A stretch of 64,000 bases of DNA, from NCBI GenBank assembly GCA_051362555.1, contig CM120649.1, forward strand, positions 13,454,001 to 13,518,000, in the 5' to 3' direction. Numbering within the stretch: position 1 is the first letter of the stretch; the number at the start of each line of letters is the position of its first letter. The notes beneath the pieces are model-generated. The model worked only from the letters and a program-made list of their open reading frames with translations. It searched no databases and had not been told where the DNA came from. This stretch comes from Lingula anatina. Its lineage: Eukaryota; Animalia; Brachiopoda. This document shows, piece after piece, positions 38,290 to 50,995 of this stretch. A program made the translations under genes and the position numbers.

Positions 38290-41200
38290 AATCGCACTGC
38301 CTTGGCGGAGGTCTGGTATGAGCTCTCTAAGTACTGTTGTACTAAGTGCTTTTTGTAAATAAGCTTCTGAAGCGGTTTGACTTGTTATGGCTTGATTAAA
38401 ATGGGCAATATTTTTTCATTAGAATTTCACTAGAGGAGCGGTGAACAATTTTGTCCTCACCACGCCTGAAACAATTGGCAAGGTTACACATCTACATATA
38501 TGGCATGAGGAGACAAAAAGTAGCGGGGACTACTTCCTGGAGAAAGTTGTCGTGTACGATATCCTGCGAAGGGAAAGGTAGGTTGTCAACGCTTTTTAAC
38601 CAGCTGAAAAAAAACCAGATAAATAAGAAAACCAAATTAAAAAACTAACTTAATTTTATACTCTTTATGTTTGAAAATGTGCCAGTTTTATATTTGATAA
38701 GTTTAAATGTCCCGAGAAAAATGATTCCGAATTCAGAAATTAAAAACTATGATGAACGACTAATTCAAATTCGGTAATATGCACACATTTAGATGTGTAT
38801 GTCATACATAGTAGTGCACAGTAATGGAAATAGGGGATACTAATAAAGTATGAAATATTGTATTTTAGCACGTGTGTACGTGCAAACACGGAAAATGGTT
38901 TCAGTAACGGCAGCAACATGAATTTGACAAAAAGGAGATCTATGCGAGCGTCAAACTCGATCAGCCTCTGACTGTCCAATTTTCCTAAATACACTGGATG
39001 GCTGATTAACATGCACAGGCTGCATTAATTTGAAATGGAATTGTTTTACTCTTTCGGTTGGATCTATCCGACATGTTGGGTTCGTCCGTTTATGCATTTA
39101 TGCATCCAAAAACAGGCGTGGCAGGAATGATAGTCCACTAGGCACCGTATACGTCCCCTATACTTACCCCAATACTCATACTAACCCTAACCTACCCTGT
39201 AAATCTACTAATCATGTGGGACCCGGAACTTCCATTCTTAGGACTACCATTACTGTCACAACGGAATTGAACATCGGGTCTTATTTATTGTAGGTCCCAT
39301 TACTTTTGCAACCAGTGGTTATCAATGTCAAGGGGAGACCGGGCCAGAGTTCGCTTTTTGGCGTCCGCAGACTTCGAGGGAATGAACGACTTCAACCTCC
39401 TCCTCACCAACAACGCCAGCAAGCGTTTGTTTGACAATCATCTCTGGTTCTCGGTGGCAAAGAGACCAACGCCCAGCAGACTGTCAAGGGTGGAGCGTCT
39501 CACCATATGCATCGTGGTCTTATTTCTGTGCATGGTCTCCAATGCCATGTGGTTTACAGAGAGTGAGGACACAACGACCGGTAAAACATCCAATATCTTT
39601 TAATGCCTGTTTTATTTCAAATTACTAATCCACGTTTTATTGTGGAATCACAGTGATTGTTCTGTCAATAGTCCATAGGATTTAAATTTTAAGGGAAATG
39701 CACGATCATTAACCAGTTTATCAGTTAAGATATATTGCACAACGCATTTAATACTCAAAGTCTCTTAGAACATGGAATGAATCTCTTGAATTGGAAATGT
39801 TTTTAGAAAAGAATCAAAACCACCATTATTCTAGGCATACAAGTGGGACCTATTAGGATCACGTTTAGGCAGTTGTGGGTAGGCCTCGTAAGTAGCGTTC
39901 TGGTTGTTCCTCCCACGCTCATCATCCTTGAAGTCTTTAAACGAGGCAAACCAAGAAATTCCTGCACCAGCATCTTCCCAACAGAGAGGATCGATGGCCA
40001 CCAGGAGAACAAGTCTCTCGAAAAAGGCTATGAGAAATTCTACTCAGCTCTACGAAAATTAATCACAAAAGAAACACATAACAGCCCCAGGTATAAGAAG
40101 AAAGATGCTATCATCGACATGCTCGTCGACCTTCAGTTTGAAATGGAAGAAGAAAAGAGGGCGTTGTCTTTTAAGGGGAAACGAAAAAGCAAACCCGTCA
40201 GGTTTCCGTGGTGGGCCGTGATATTCGGTTACGTTCTTGCTTTCTTGGCAGTCTTCACGTCGGCGTTCTTCACCTTGTTGTACAGTCTAGACTGGGGTCC
40301 AGAGAAGTCCACGGATTGGCTCCTCTCTCTTATCTTCTCTCTGACGCAATCCATCGCTCTCACGGAACCGTTGAAGGTATATTTTTTTATTAATATTACT
40401 GGCGACCGTCCAATTGGGGGATGCTTAATACGTGTTTTGAAATAATGTTTCCTTTATTTCAAATAGGATAATATAACCTTCCAGTCGACCGTTTAAAAGT
40501 GATTTTCATTCACATAAAAGCTCATTGATTTATAACCTTAGTTATGATTCCCTTTATTATAAGTACGAGAGTACATCTAAATACGAGAGTAGTAAGTTAT
40601 GAATGAATGAATGTTGTGGATTTATATTATGAAAAAGACTGCTGTTAACATAGATAATTAACGTTAATATTGTTTTATAATTATCCGCAAGGTGAAATAA
40701 AAAGTGTTCGTTTAAAACACTTGTCATTAACAAACGGATATATACCTTTGTCTAACCCCAGGTCTTGCTGGTCGCGGTGCTGATGGCGTGTCTGCTGAAG
40801 ATGCCGGGGGATGAGGAAGAGGAAGAAGACATGGTGATAGCGGAGCACGCGCCCCCAAAAGGTTCACTTTTCATCATTGTTATTAACAGGATTATTACCT
40901 CCATGAGTGTTTGCTTGAATGAAATGACAAAGTTGAAATTACGGGATTTTAAACTCATTATATGCAAAAGAAAAAAAAACATTCAATGTGTATGTACCCG
41001 TATCTTATTTTTTGCTGTTTTTGTGTTTTCTTTAAAACAAAAATACATTCATTAATTTTATAACTGTTTTAAGATTAATTTTTCTTCAGTGGTTCCACCG
41101 AAACCGAACTTCATCCCTGTCGCTGACAAAGTCGTCAACTTACAGAGCCTGCGCACTAAAAGACGGACGATGAGGAAAGATCTTCACCTTACTGGGAAAC

Positions 41201-44200
41201 TGAGAGAAATACTCTTACATTTTCTTTATCTTTGTCTACTGTTGGTTATTTGTTTTGCCAACAGAGACAAAAATTTCTACCGACAGAACCACAACTTACA
41301 GAACAGCTTACAGTTGGTTGATATAAGGTTTGCTAAAGTACGTATTTTATGATAACATCCCCAAATCACACTGTAATATCGAAAACTATGGGAGTATTTT
41401 GTAACCAGGTCGAGCAGATTTTAGTATATTTCATGTTTGCGTCATCTGTATCATTTTGTAATTCAGAATTTTTAAAAATACTTTTTGCGGTTAAATGCTA
41501 CATTTTGCTTATAATAACAGCCATATATCTGGTACAGGTAAACGAGATATAAATATATAAATTAGGTTTTTTATTTTTAATCAGGTACAGCGGATAGAAA
41601 CCATCTTCTCCTGGTTAAATGACACGATTTTCCCGGCCGTTTTTCCCACTGAAGATTACAATGGCGACCCGTACACGGAGGTAGACGATCTAGCCTTCAT
41701 CCGGGACATGAGGGGGCTGCGTCTGGGACCCTTGCTGCTAAGACAACTAAGGGCGAAAGAAAGTAATAAATTCAATGGTTAAAATTCAAAGAAAAGGCCT
41801 TTAATGAATTGATGTGTGCAATGTATGGGCAAAAATGAAAATTGCGGATCTTACCATGCATAAAGTAAACATGTGATAAACCAAATATTAAACTTCATGA
41901 ACAGGTTTACATATTCATATAATTATCCATGTTAGCCGACAGTTCAAGAGTTATTGTTGACTATGTTGACTACTGTTTACTTGTTGTACTTTTACGCTCC
42001 CCATTTAGATGTGATTCAACTGTTATCATTCTAGAATCCTGCCAGACTGCAGATTTTATGAGCAAGTACTTCAGTGATTGCATCGCAATGCTGAGCCAAG
42101 GAAGAATGGATAAAGGCGCTTATGCTCCAGGTCCGTAGGTTTGAGTACTTATAATACTCCTTTATGTCTTTATCTCATGTTGTCCTATATTCAGAATTGT
42201 ATACATGTACTTGGTAATTAGAGAAATAGTTTCAGTTTTGTTATATGGTTTTGCCTTCAGAGTTATCTCACCTAACCAAGTTGTTTTACGGTATTTCTAG
42301 GTTGGGTAGCTTCAACCACGAGCAACGCTTCACGAGTGACCCAAGCGTTTGTATACTCTGCCCCCTCCAGTCGTAACGACTTGACCGTCTACGGTCATCT
42401 TGACCACTACGAGGCAGGCGGGTACATGGTGGAGATTAACTCGGCCCAGGACAGCGTTCACACTTTGACCAGTCTTAAAGACCTTAACTGGATTGATCGT
42501 TTGACGAGAGCGGTGATTGTGGAACTTACCGTTAACAACGCCAATGTGAACGTCTTCTCCATGGTTCGAATCATCGTGGAACTGCCGGCAATGGGAGGGA
42601 TATTTATCAAGAAAGAGCTGGTCAGTTTCAGACCTTACCCTTACGTTGAACCCTTCGACTTCGTCCTTCTCATCGTCCAAGTCATCTGGGCAATGTTGGT
42701 CATCGCACTGTTGGGGACAGAGGTTGTTAAGATGGTCAAATTAAAGAAGCAGTATTTTCGCCAGAGTTGGCACTACATTGTGCTAGGGGATCTCTGCCTG
42801 GCGTTCACTAGCATGGTGTGCTTTGTACTCAGAACTGTGTACACTATACGGGCGGTTGAGGATGTGAAGAATAGCGGAGGTAAGTCCCGGTATTAAGTTA
42901 GATAGGTAAGATGTATACGTATGATAATTTTGAAAATAATAAGGCAGATAGCTCACTGGGTTTTATGGGGCAGGTCGCCCATATTCAGTGTTATAGGTAA
43001 ATCAGATTATGTAAATTGGGACAGACCGAAAACGAGCACTTCGAACATGAAGTTTTTGCTCCACAATAAATATATAATTCGCTTATGCCTACTGGAGTAT
43101 GTAATATTAAATTGTACGTAGGCGATTGCCGGACTTCATATTTCGGTCACATAACCCATTAACGTGATAATCGACAGGCAAATATTTTTCAAGCGGGCTA
43201 ATCAATTAAGTCACAAAGCTTTCATAGAAGCATATCTACTCTGTTAATTCTGTCTGACACGTGACCTTGTTTTTCAGGTCATTTCGTTGGCTTTGATCGG
43301 GTCGCCATCTGGGACAACGCCTACACAGTTACCATCGCCATTGACCTCTTTTTGGCTACTCTACAGTTATTTCGGCCACTGACATTTAATAAGCACCTTG
43401 CTATTGTCCAGTCGGCTTTGAACCGAGCGTTTATAGCAGTGACCACGTATATGTTCATATTTGGTATTTTACTATTTTCCTATGCACAGGCTCTGAACTT
43501 GGTGTCTGGTCAGGTCATATCTGCGTTTCGGACACTTCCCTTCGCCATGTTGAATCTATTTGGTGTCATGTTGGGGGTATTGAAATACTCCCATATTATG
43601 ACAGCAGAAAGCTTTCTTGCTAGGATGTTTTTCACAGCCTTCACCATGACCATGAATTTCATTATCCTGAATATGTTTATATCTATAATAAATGATGGAC
43701 TGACGGAGGTGAAGGCAAACGAAGAGCTGCAGGATTACGATGAAGAATTGGCGGAACACGTGTGGACTAAACTGGGCTCGCTAGTACGGGCCATATTTCG
43801 AAGGAAGGACAATTCGGCTCTTTCTGATGAAATTCCAGGTATTTGTACTTCACACTCTTTCTTTCTAAATTCATCTCTAGTTTTAATCGTTTATACAAAT
43901 TTTAACCATCATTTTTACATGTATTTTCTACAAATGTAAGAATTAACCGTTCACATCATCTGGAGCAAAGGTCTACACTGTACCTATATTCCTGATATGG
44001 CATGCTTTCCAAATACAAGTTAGCACACCTGCATTTTTACTTTCGGAAATTTTGGTGTCTTTCAGCGGCTAAAGGATCACCAGAGAAGACAGCAGATGCG
44101 ACACTTAGTCCCAATCCTCGGGGAGGTGACGCTACGGCGAAAAACTGTGATCCCCGTCCAAAGAAACAAGGACACCGACGACATAGCAAGCCCAAATTGG

Positions 44201-45268
44201 CTTCCTCAAGAAAAGATAGAAAACAAAAAAAGCTGAAAATTTGCATTGTTGCTTTCTCGCAAAAGGGACGAAGATCAAGCAAAATAGCAACGGAAAATAA
44301 GTGGAAGAGTACGGTAAGGTATTTTTAATAACAATTTGTCGCCTTGGTGACTTTACTGTGTCATGTAGCAGGTAGCGTTCATCGTGTGCTTAAAGAATAT
44401 AATAATAATAATATTCTTTAATTAAATATTATTATTTATTATTATTAAAGAACATGTGGACATTACGTCTCAGAATGAGCGACCAATAGGAGCGTCACAT
44501 CAACATGACACTGGGATGATTTAATTTGATTTTGACAAATTATTGAAAGCCCTTGTATTTAGATACAAGTGAGCAATTTGAAGTCACTGTGCAGAGTATA
44601 TTGAAGGCAAGTTGCGTGTGCACGTGTCGAGTTAAAAAGAGACTAGCAGCATTGTAGTTGTTCTTAATTTTGAATTAATTTTCATGTGTCATATACTTAA
44701 CGTTGTTTTAAAGAACTCTAATTTTGCTTTTTAGGAAGAAAAGTTGATGCAGATATTCAACACGTACAGCAAAAACGAAAGCCTGCAAGAAAAGTGGAGG
44801 CAAATCGTTGACGAAATACGATTTCAAAATCGCTCTATAAAGGGTTACCGAAATCAACTATCGAAATGCCAAAAGAGCGAAAGTGACCTACAACGAAAAG
44901 TGGAACCGGTGTGTGTAAAATGGCAAGAAGAAAACCAGTCCAAGCTTACCGAACGTGAACCACCGAAGAAGTTCGCACAAAACGTTGACTACAATAGTGT
45001 TGAACCAAGTGTCCAAAACGACGCAAACGTCGTTCCTTCTGGCATCACGCCATTGGAGTCGAGTAGAGGCGATTTAGCTAGAGCTGAAACCCAAGATGAG
45101 GTGAAAACGAAGAAAACCAAAAAGAAACTGAAGAAGGCAGTAAAAGAAGCCATGCAGGCCCTCAGTGTATTGGAACAGATGGGCAAGAAAGGTGACAATG
45201 TAGACAATGCAGAAGGTAAAAAGAAAATAGAAAAGAAGCAAAGAGCGAGGTTGAATGACACTGATTGA
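18140..45268 (+). CDS. Polycystin-1-like (PKD1L/REJ family) protein: signal peptide - C-type lectin - 15 sushi/CCP - GAIN-like - TM1 - PLAT - multi-TM polycystin channel domain - coiled-coil tail; ~42 coding exons
   Basis: Exons join in frame at GT-AG sites. Signal/CTL: 18140-18194, 18486-18663, 21825-21940 (WVGL..WGDG), 22551-22691 (WTRQDC..YVCQ). 15 sushi exons, 23117-32176. GAIN-like exons 32700-36975. 37240-37473 (PPNTIDF + TM1). PLAT: 37724-37894, 38423-38577 (FTRG..IWH), 39294-39580 (FCNQWL, HLWFSV, SRVERLT). 39807-40376, 40762-40861, 41090-41337, 41585-41762 (LGPLLLRQLR), 42035-42130, 42301-42879 (YEAGGY, WIDRLTRAV), 43278-43838 (LNMFISIIND), 44066-44313, 44735-45268. A few junctions near 36.1-36.5 kb are less certain. 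Confidence 0.9.
19110..19925. mobile_element. Foldback/MITE-like element with ~235-bp inverted arms
   Basis: 19110-19347 is the reverse complement of 19682-19925, with mismatches, and each arm contains an (AAT)n tract. Spacer ~335 bp; no clear TSD. Confidence 0.8.
21687..21721. repeat. (GA)n microsatellite
   Basis: Directly visible. Confidence 0.95.
22174..22223. repeat. (AAT)n microsatellite
   Basis: Directly visible; similar tracts at 38231-38285 and 58184-58235. Confidence 0.95.
22355..22526. mobile_element. PIF/Harbinger-type MITE
   Basis: TIRs GACCACATTCAAAACA...TAGTCCGAGGGTCAAATATG and inverted ...TGTTCTGAATGTGGCC, flanked by TTA on both sides. Confidence 0.88.
26953..29725 (+). repeat. 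Recent tandem duplication of a two-sushi-exon unit (26953-28624 and 28633-29725)
   Basis: Exons 27095-27292 vs 28775-28972 and 28210-28428 vs 29321-29536 are near-identical. Flanking intron sequence is also shared (cattgtatattgcacatttt...; tgtttcggatacctgtcgcggcataa...). Confidence 0.93.
31219..31252. repeat. (TG)n microsatellite
   Basis: Directly visible. Confidence 0.95.
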
Positions 45269-46408
45269 GGCAACTTTAATAATATGTAAATGTACATTTT
45301 TAATAATATGTGCATGGGATAACAAAGGAAAATTCGGCTATTCCAATGGATTCCCAATACCACCAGCCGGTACACAATTATGTGTTAAATACAACAGTGA
45401 GGACACGCAGTGAGCTAATCACGAAGTCACCCTTGAAAACAGCCAGATGAGTACAACACTCAACAGACTAACGACGTTTTAGTTTGTTTTGTTTAATCAT
45501 GTCACAGCCAGAACTTACAATGTTTTTTTATTAAAAACAGGCATTTTCAGTCTTCTTCAGGATGTCTCAAGTGCTGATCAGTTTTGCACATGAGTTTTCT
45601 TGTAACTGACAAAAATGGTGAAAAGCCAATTTGCTATGAGGAAGAATGTTTTAAGTGTTATTAATTTTAATTTCATAAAATATGGAATGACACACAAAAA
45701 TCATAACATTAACTTAAAACATGGGCGTAACTTGTTTTTAATTTTTAGTACAAATTGTGTTAAATACGTTAAGTCCGTATTGTTCAGCCTCGTTCCTGTG
45801 TAAGAAATAATCACATTGTACACGTGCCTCAGTGTAATGTTTATAGCGGCCACATTCTCAATTTCTGTTACCGCAATTTTACTTACTTATTAAGTGTACG
45901 TCGACTGTGAATAAGGTTGCGATTAGTAGACCCTGCGATGGAAGTTGCTCATTTGCAAAAAGTAGGAAGACGAACATTGAATCAACGAGTTAAAGACCTG
46001 CTCGGCTGCGCTACAGGTGAGACAAATATGCACGTGATCTTGTCTCATTGTTCAATTGTTTTCTCAATCACTGTTTTTCCCTAGATTTCTCGCGTCATTG
46101 GCTTTTTTTTTTTTTTTTTTTTTTTTGACACTGCAAGTCGTCGTATATCGTCCACATTGCATGCATTTGCAAAGTTTTCCAGCGTCTCATTTTGTTAAAA
46201 CTGCAAAATAAATTCCCACAAATAATTTTCTTTTTTTCTTTATGTAATATGTTATTTCATTTGTAAATCACTGTAATAAACGGAAATTATAAAAACTATG
46301 GAGTAGCAATTGTCGAAAAAATTTTCTAGATATTTGAGAAATGTTATTCATTCACTTATGTCGACAAGTAACGCAGCATTGCAAACTTTTTATGCAGTCT
46401 CTTCACAT

Positions 46409-47077
46409 CACCCTGAGCTTCAGAGATAACTTGACACTAACCTCTTCACAATAGCCTATCTTCATCGTGTCAAGTAACCTCTGACCACATTCGATTGCCC
46501 CCGCCGCCCGCCAATCAAGTTTAAAGCCCGCACTCAATGACTCATTGAACGTTCTAGCCAATGAACGCGAACGAGTCAAAGCGCGCTTTGTTCAAATCCG
46601 GACCAATCAGAGATAAGGCTCAATATCAGGGACTTGCCGTAACCTGTGGGCAGCACGCAAAATACATCATCCCTCAGTAGATAATGATGCAGGGCCTCAA
46701 ACTGCTCTGGTTTCAATTCCGATATACTCATATTTTGCAAAGAATCAAGAGATAACTTAACACATTATTTTACGTAGTCACTCGTAGAAGACGCCATGCT
46801 TTCTTTGTGTACGGTTATGCACTCGGCACTACTCGGATGTCTCCGCACTCGACAATAACTTTGTTGTTAGTATGGAGCTTGCGGAATCAACCGAGGATTA
46901 CCGATTGACGGTCAACCAATCAGCGTTTTCACCAAACTTTGGTGAAAAATTTTGAAACTTGGATTCGATTGGCTTATATAAACTAGGTCAAACTATTTTC
47001 GTCAGAGGTAACTTGACACGATGAAGATAGGCTATTGTGAAGAGGTTAGTGTCAAGTTATCTCTGAAGCTCAGGGTG
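46409..47077. mobile_element. Non-autonomous DNA transposon with 77-bp TIRs and 8-bp TSD (hAT- or P-like)
   Basis: TIR CACCCTGAGCTTCAGAGATAACTTGACAC... at 46409-46485 and inverted at 47001-47077, one mismatch seen. Perfect TSD CTTCACAT at 46401-46408 and 47078-47085. No ORF. Confidence 0.95.
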
Positions 47078-47552
47078 CTTCACATCAGAGATTGGTGTAA
47101 AAGTTAAACATACAGACGAGCTTTCCTTGACTTAGCTACCGTGAAAAATGACGTTTCTTCAGAAAATTAAAGCAACTGTAAAATTTCTGGCAACACTGGG
47201 ATATTTCATTTTGGGTTATAGTCTATACGTCCTGTCTTTTGCAATACGAGTTGCACATTTTTGCATTAATTCACTTTTACGGTGTACTTCGAATGTTCAA
47301 CAAAGAGAAACACTGCTAACGGAAACTTTTCATACGCAAGGACGATTGAAAATTATTTTATTTCCAAGACCGATGTACATTCCATGTTTAACTGTAAATA
47401 TCTGTTATAAAGGAACGGAAATGAATGAATAAAACGAAGAACAACAGAGTGGTCCTCTTGCTGCTGATCTACACCAAAAAATAAACAAATTAATAAACAT
47501 AACTAACATAACCAATAAAGGATTCAGATCTCACTATTGATACAGCTACAAA

Positions 47553-47960
47553 TCACAGCTCTGACTTTTGTTTCGATGCTCTTTCTCTTTCAATCTCCTC
47601 AGGAATCGTACGCATCCACAGCTTTATCCTCTCTGGTAGAAGATCGTATCCCATCTCAGTTTGTTTGCCGATGTTGATGTAGCCCTTCTTGTCCTTGGTG
47701 TACTCCTCCCATGTTGCCACGCCCTCTAGCGGCCGTCCTTGATTGGGGTTTCTGTAATGAATAAAGTTGCTAATTGCAATATTTTCGAACATTACGAAAA
47801 GTAATATTTCTATTGATATATGTGTGTCAAATACACCTGAATACACCTTTAGATTTTAAACATATTATTTTTAATGAAAAAAATAAGATGCACGCGTTTT
47901 CACGCGCATGGTAAAAATCACCTTACTTAGAAATACAATCGGATGTCAAGAACGTTTGTC

Positions 47961-48046
<86 letters not shown>

Positions 48047-49681
48047 AAAAATAATTTAAAATAGTTACCCTGTCTTTGCAAAATTTGTCCAATACGTCAT
48101 CACGACGTCGGCGGCCCTTTGATCTTCCTCCGTCCACGTGAAGGTCGGGTCCGACACGAAATAACCTTTGCCAAAGGTGAGTGGGACGTCATCGGCGTGA
48201 GAGGAACATGTCGCCCAAGGCGGTAAACTAAGTCCAAACATAAAATCCACGATGCTGTGTCCACTCAGCACGTGCGTTATGTGATAGGAGTATGTGGAGG
48301 CCTGTGAGTTTGTTCCCTTAGCTCGCGGATGGGCGAGGGAAGACTCTGGGATATGCTGATTGAACATTACGTCACTGAACATGTCGCGATATGCGCGTGT
48401 GTTTTCTATGCGGTCCGCCTTATGAGTGTAGAAATCGTGGATGTACTTCTTCACCATATCTGGATTTTCGGAATAAAATGTTTTCAGAATTGGAGGAATG
48501 AGTTTGGTGTTTAACACATCCTCTGGGATTCCTTCAGTGAAGTTGTACCCATGGAGACCCTGCATTAGAGCTGCCATGTAGAGCATCAAATTCCCCTCGT
48601 CCGACAACGAACCCACCATCCAGTCAACTTTCCCAAAAGCTTCGTCGATTTCTGGAACGTTTTTGTGTTTGAAATCCGAAAAATAGTCCCGCGTTCCATA
48701 GGGAACAAAGTCTCCGTCTTCTATCGGTGCAAAACGGACTCCATAATCCATATTGCCTTCGGAGTCTCTTCCTTCAGTCATGGCCGTGATATACAGCAGC
48801 ATATCAACCGGCGCCAAGCGTAAGCAGTCAATCATTTTTCGGGTGTCTCTTAGATCATGGTTCTCTGTTGTGTTGCAGCTTAGCTGAAGTGCTATACTTT
48901 TAGCGAGATTCAGAGTGTTTTGTCCGAATGAGAATCCATTGCTAAAGGTGGCGGGACTTTGACTTATCGCTCGTTTAACCAAGCCAAGATTATATTTGGT
49001 AATCACGTGGTGCTGCACACTCGACCCGCCAGCCGATTCGCCAAATATCGTGATACTTTCAGGTTCGCCACCAAACGCTGAGATGTGCTCTTTTACCCAT
49101 TTTAAAGCTTCGTGCTGATCCCAGAGTCCGAAATTCCCCGGTGCGCTCTCGTCAAGCGTTGACATAAACCCAAATATGTTAAGTCTGTAGTTAACAGTGA
49201 CACAAACTACGTCGCCGTGTAGTGCCAGTTCTTGTCACGGGGTCGCCATACCCTGCCCTGCGCCATAGCCTCCACCGTGTATCCAAACCATCACCGCCCT
49301 TTGTTCTTTGCTTTCAGTTACAGGGGCATATATATTGAGAAGTAGACAGTCCTCCGACATGTCCGTATTGGGCAGAATGGTCCCCATGCTAGGGTGAACC
49401 AACTGCATGCACGAAGGACCGTACTAAGTGGCGTCTATGGTGCGCGTCCAAGGCTTCTTGGGGACCGGTTTCTGGAAGCGTAAATGTCCTAGGGGAGGCT
49501 CTGCGTAAGGAACGCCCAGATAAACGTCGACCTTCTTTCCATTATAGTCTTCCGTTTTACCTCGGAGCTTTCCCAGCTTCGTCTCCACTACCTTGGCACT
49601 TGTGTTGGTGGTAAACAGTAAAACCGATAGCGTACATAACAAGCAAGAGACAGGCCTAGGGGAATTCACCGGTGTCGCCAT
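47553..49681 (-). pseudogene. Carboxylesterase paralog (exons 49681-48069, 47751-47553; ends KSEL) with two in-frame nonsense codons
   Basis: Collinear with the gene at 10508-12802, same intron position (FAKTG|NPN), intact GESAG/DEG/SSHADD. TAG at 49424-49426 (TIDAT*YGPSC; Glu in paralog) and TGA at 49235-49237 (GMATP*QEL; Cys in paralog). No frameshift. Confidence 0.85.
47971..48043. repeat. (AT)n microsatellite in the carboxylesterase intron
   Basis: Directly visible. Confidence 0.95.
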
Positions 49682-49740
49682 TTTGCACAGTACTCGGTTG
49701 CTAAATATACAGCGTGCATTGTACATTGTGATAAGGCTAA

Positions 49741-49805
49741 TATATAGGTCAGAGTATAGCCTCTTATGTTGACACTGGTCGCAATGCACGTGCTTACGTA
49801 ATGCA
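49741..49805. promoter_or_regulatory. Candidate promoter motifs of carboxylesterase 2 (TATATAGGTCA TATA/RORE-like, CACGTG E-box, TTACGTAA D-box)
   Basis: Motifs at 49741-49751, 49787-49792 and 49794-49801, 60-125 bp upstream of the ATG. Motif matches only. Confidence 0.35.
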
Positions 49806-50914
49806 CAACGCTTAATTTTTTGTTTGGTTGTCACATAGACACATTATATATCTATAAAAATTGAAACAAGAACGTGCACGTGCAGACTTAGTGGTACTTG
49901 AGCTGCCTATCAATTAAGTTAATTTTTTTAATTAATTAATAATGTTGGGATAAAGAAGCCACGTACAGGCTTACTGAAAGCAGGACTGGGCGGGATAAGG
50001 TGTGGATGTCAACATCTTGAGGAATAATGTCGCATGACATATAGGAGTTTGGTTGAATTGGGCTTGTTGATTTAACATTATTACAGGTTTAATTAATTAA
50101 GGACATTGTTACCCTTTATTATCGTCCAGATACCAAAAATGAGTTTTTTTCTTGCTTCTATAATTACTCAATAATACATCTGTCTTTGTGCTGTTTTAAA
50201 ACAATCAATAAAAAAAACTCGAAAATATAAAATATCGGCTTTTTCGCTGCAAAATATAAGCATCTTTACCTCAAAATCGCAATTATGACGTCACCCTTCA
50301 AATGACACGTTTAAATGTAAATTAATTTAGTCACTGAACACTGAAGATTTATGTAGCATGTATGTAAGGCAGAAAAAAAGGACTTTTGGGCGAAGGGTGA
50401 CAATATCCTTTAGCAGTTTGCCAATATTATAGTCTATGTGAGAAAATGCACAAAAGATCTGCACAAAACTACAGTTAGCTGATAATAATAAATGAGAACG
50501 TTATTAATGACGGACCGAGAGATAGACAGGGCGTGTTTGTGCCGTGACCCATAACTTTAAACGAATCCAATGCCCCCCTCTCCCCCCGGAAAAAATAGAA
50601 AAGAAGAAGAAAATAGAAGAGAGAGAGAGAGAGAGAGAGAGAGTGAGAGAGAGAGGATGAGATGAAAAGTATACAACGAGCGAAATTGTACCGTATTAAT
50701 TGGGCCACCTAACTTTCATGTAACTTAATTGGTCCTGTAGATGCAATCAACCTATAATTAAAAAAAAAACAATCTATTTGCTGTTAACTGTGTTATTTCT
50801 TTCATCTACCATTTATTATTAGTGCCTTGTAAATCTTTAATACCGTGTTTTCCCTCCCCCCTCCCCCTTCGAAAACTATTGCACTCGCCAGCAGTACTTA
50901 CTTTTTCACTTTCG

Positions 50915-50995
50915 AAGAGATGGCGCCAATTGTCTGCTTTCTGACCAATCAGAATCGGCTAATCATTTTGCCCGTAGCTAATCGCGGGAGTTTGT
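50915..50995 (+). promoter_or_regulatory. Candidate RB1 promoter: E2F-like sites (TGGCGCCAA, CGCGGGA) and CCAAT box
   Basis: CpG-containing segment 120-200 bp upstream of the ATG at 51111, with gatggcgccaat, gaccaatcag and atcgcgggag. Confidence 0.4.

Noticed and set aside
38296-38350. TTGGCGGAGGTCT..CTCT..AGT motif (similar at ~53345-53380)
   Set aside because: Probably 3' ends of decayed HINE-like repeats, but matching 5' ends could not be located.
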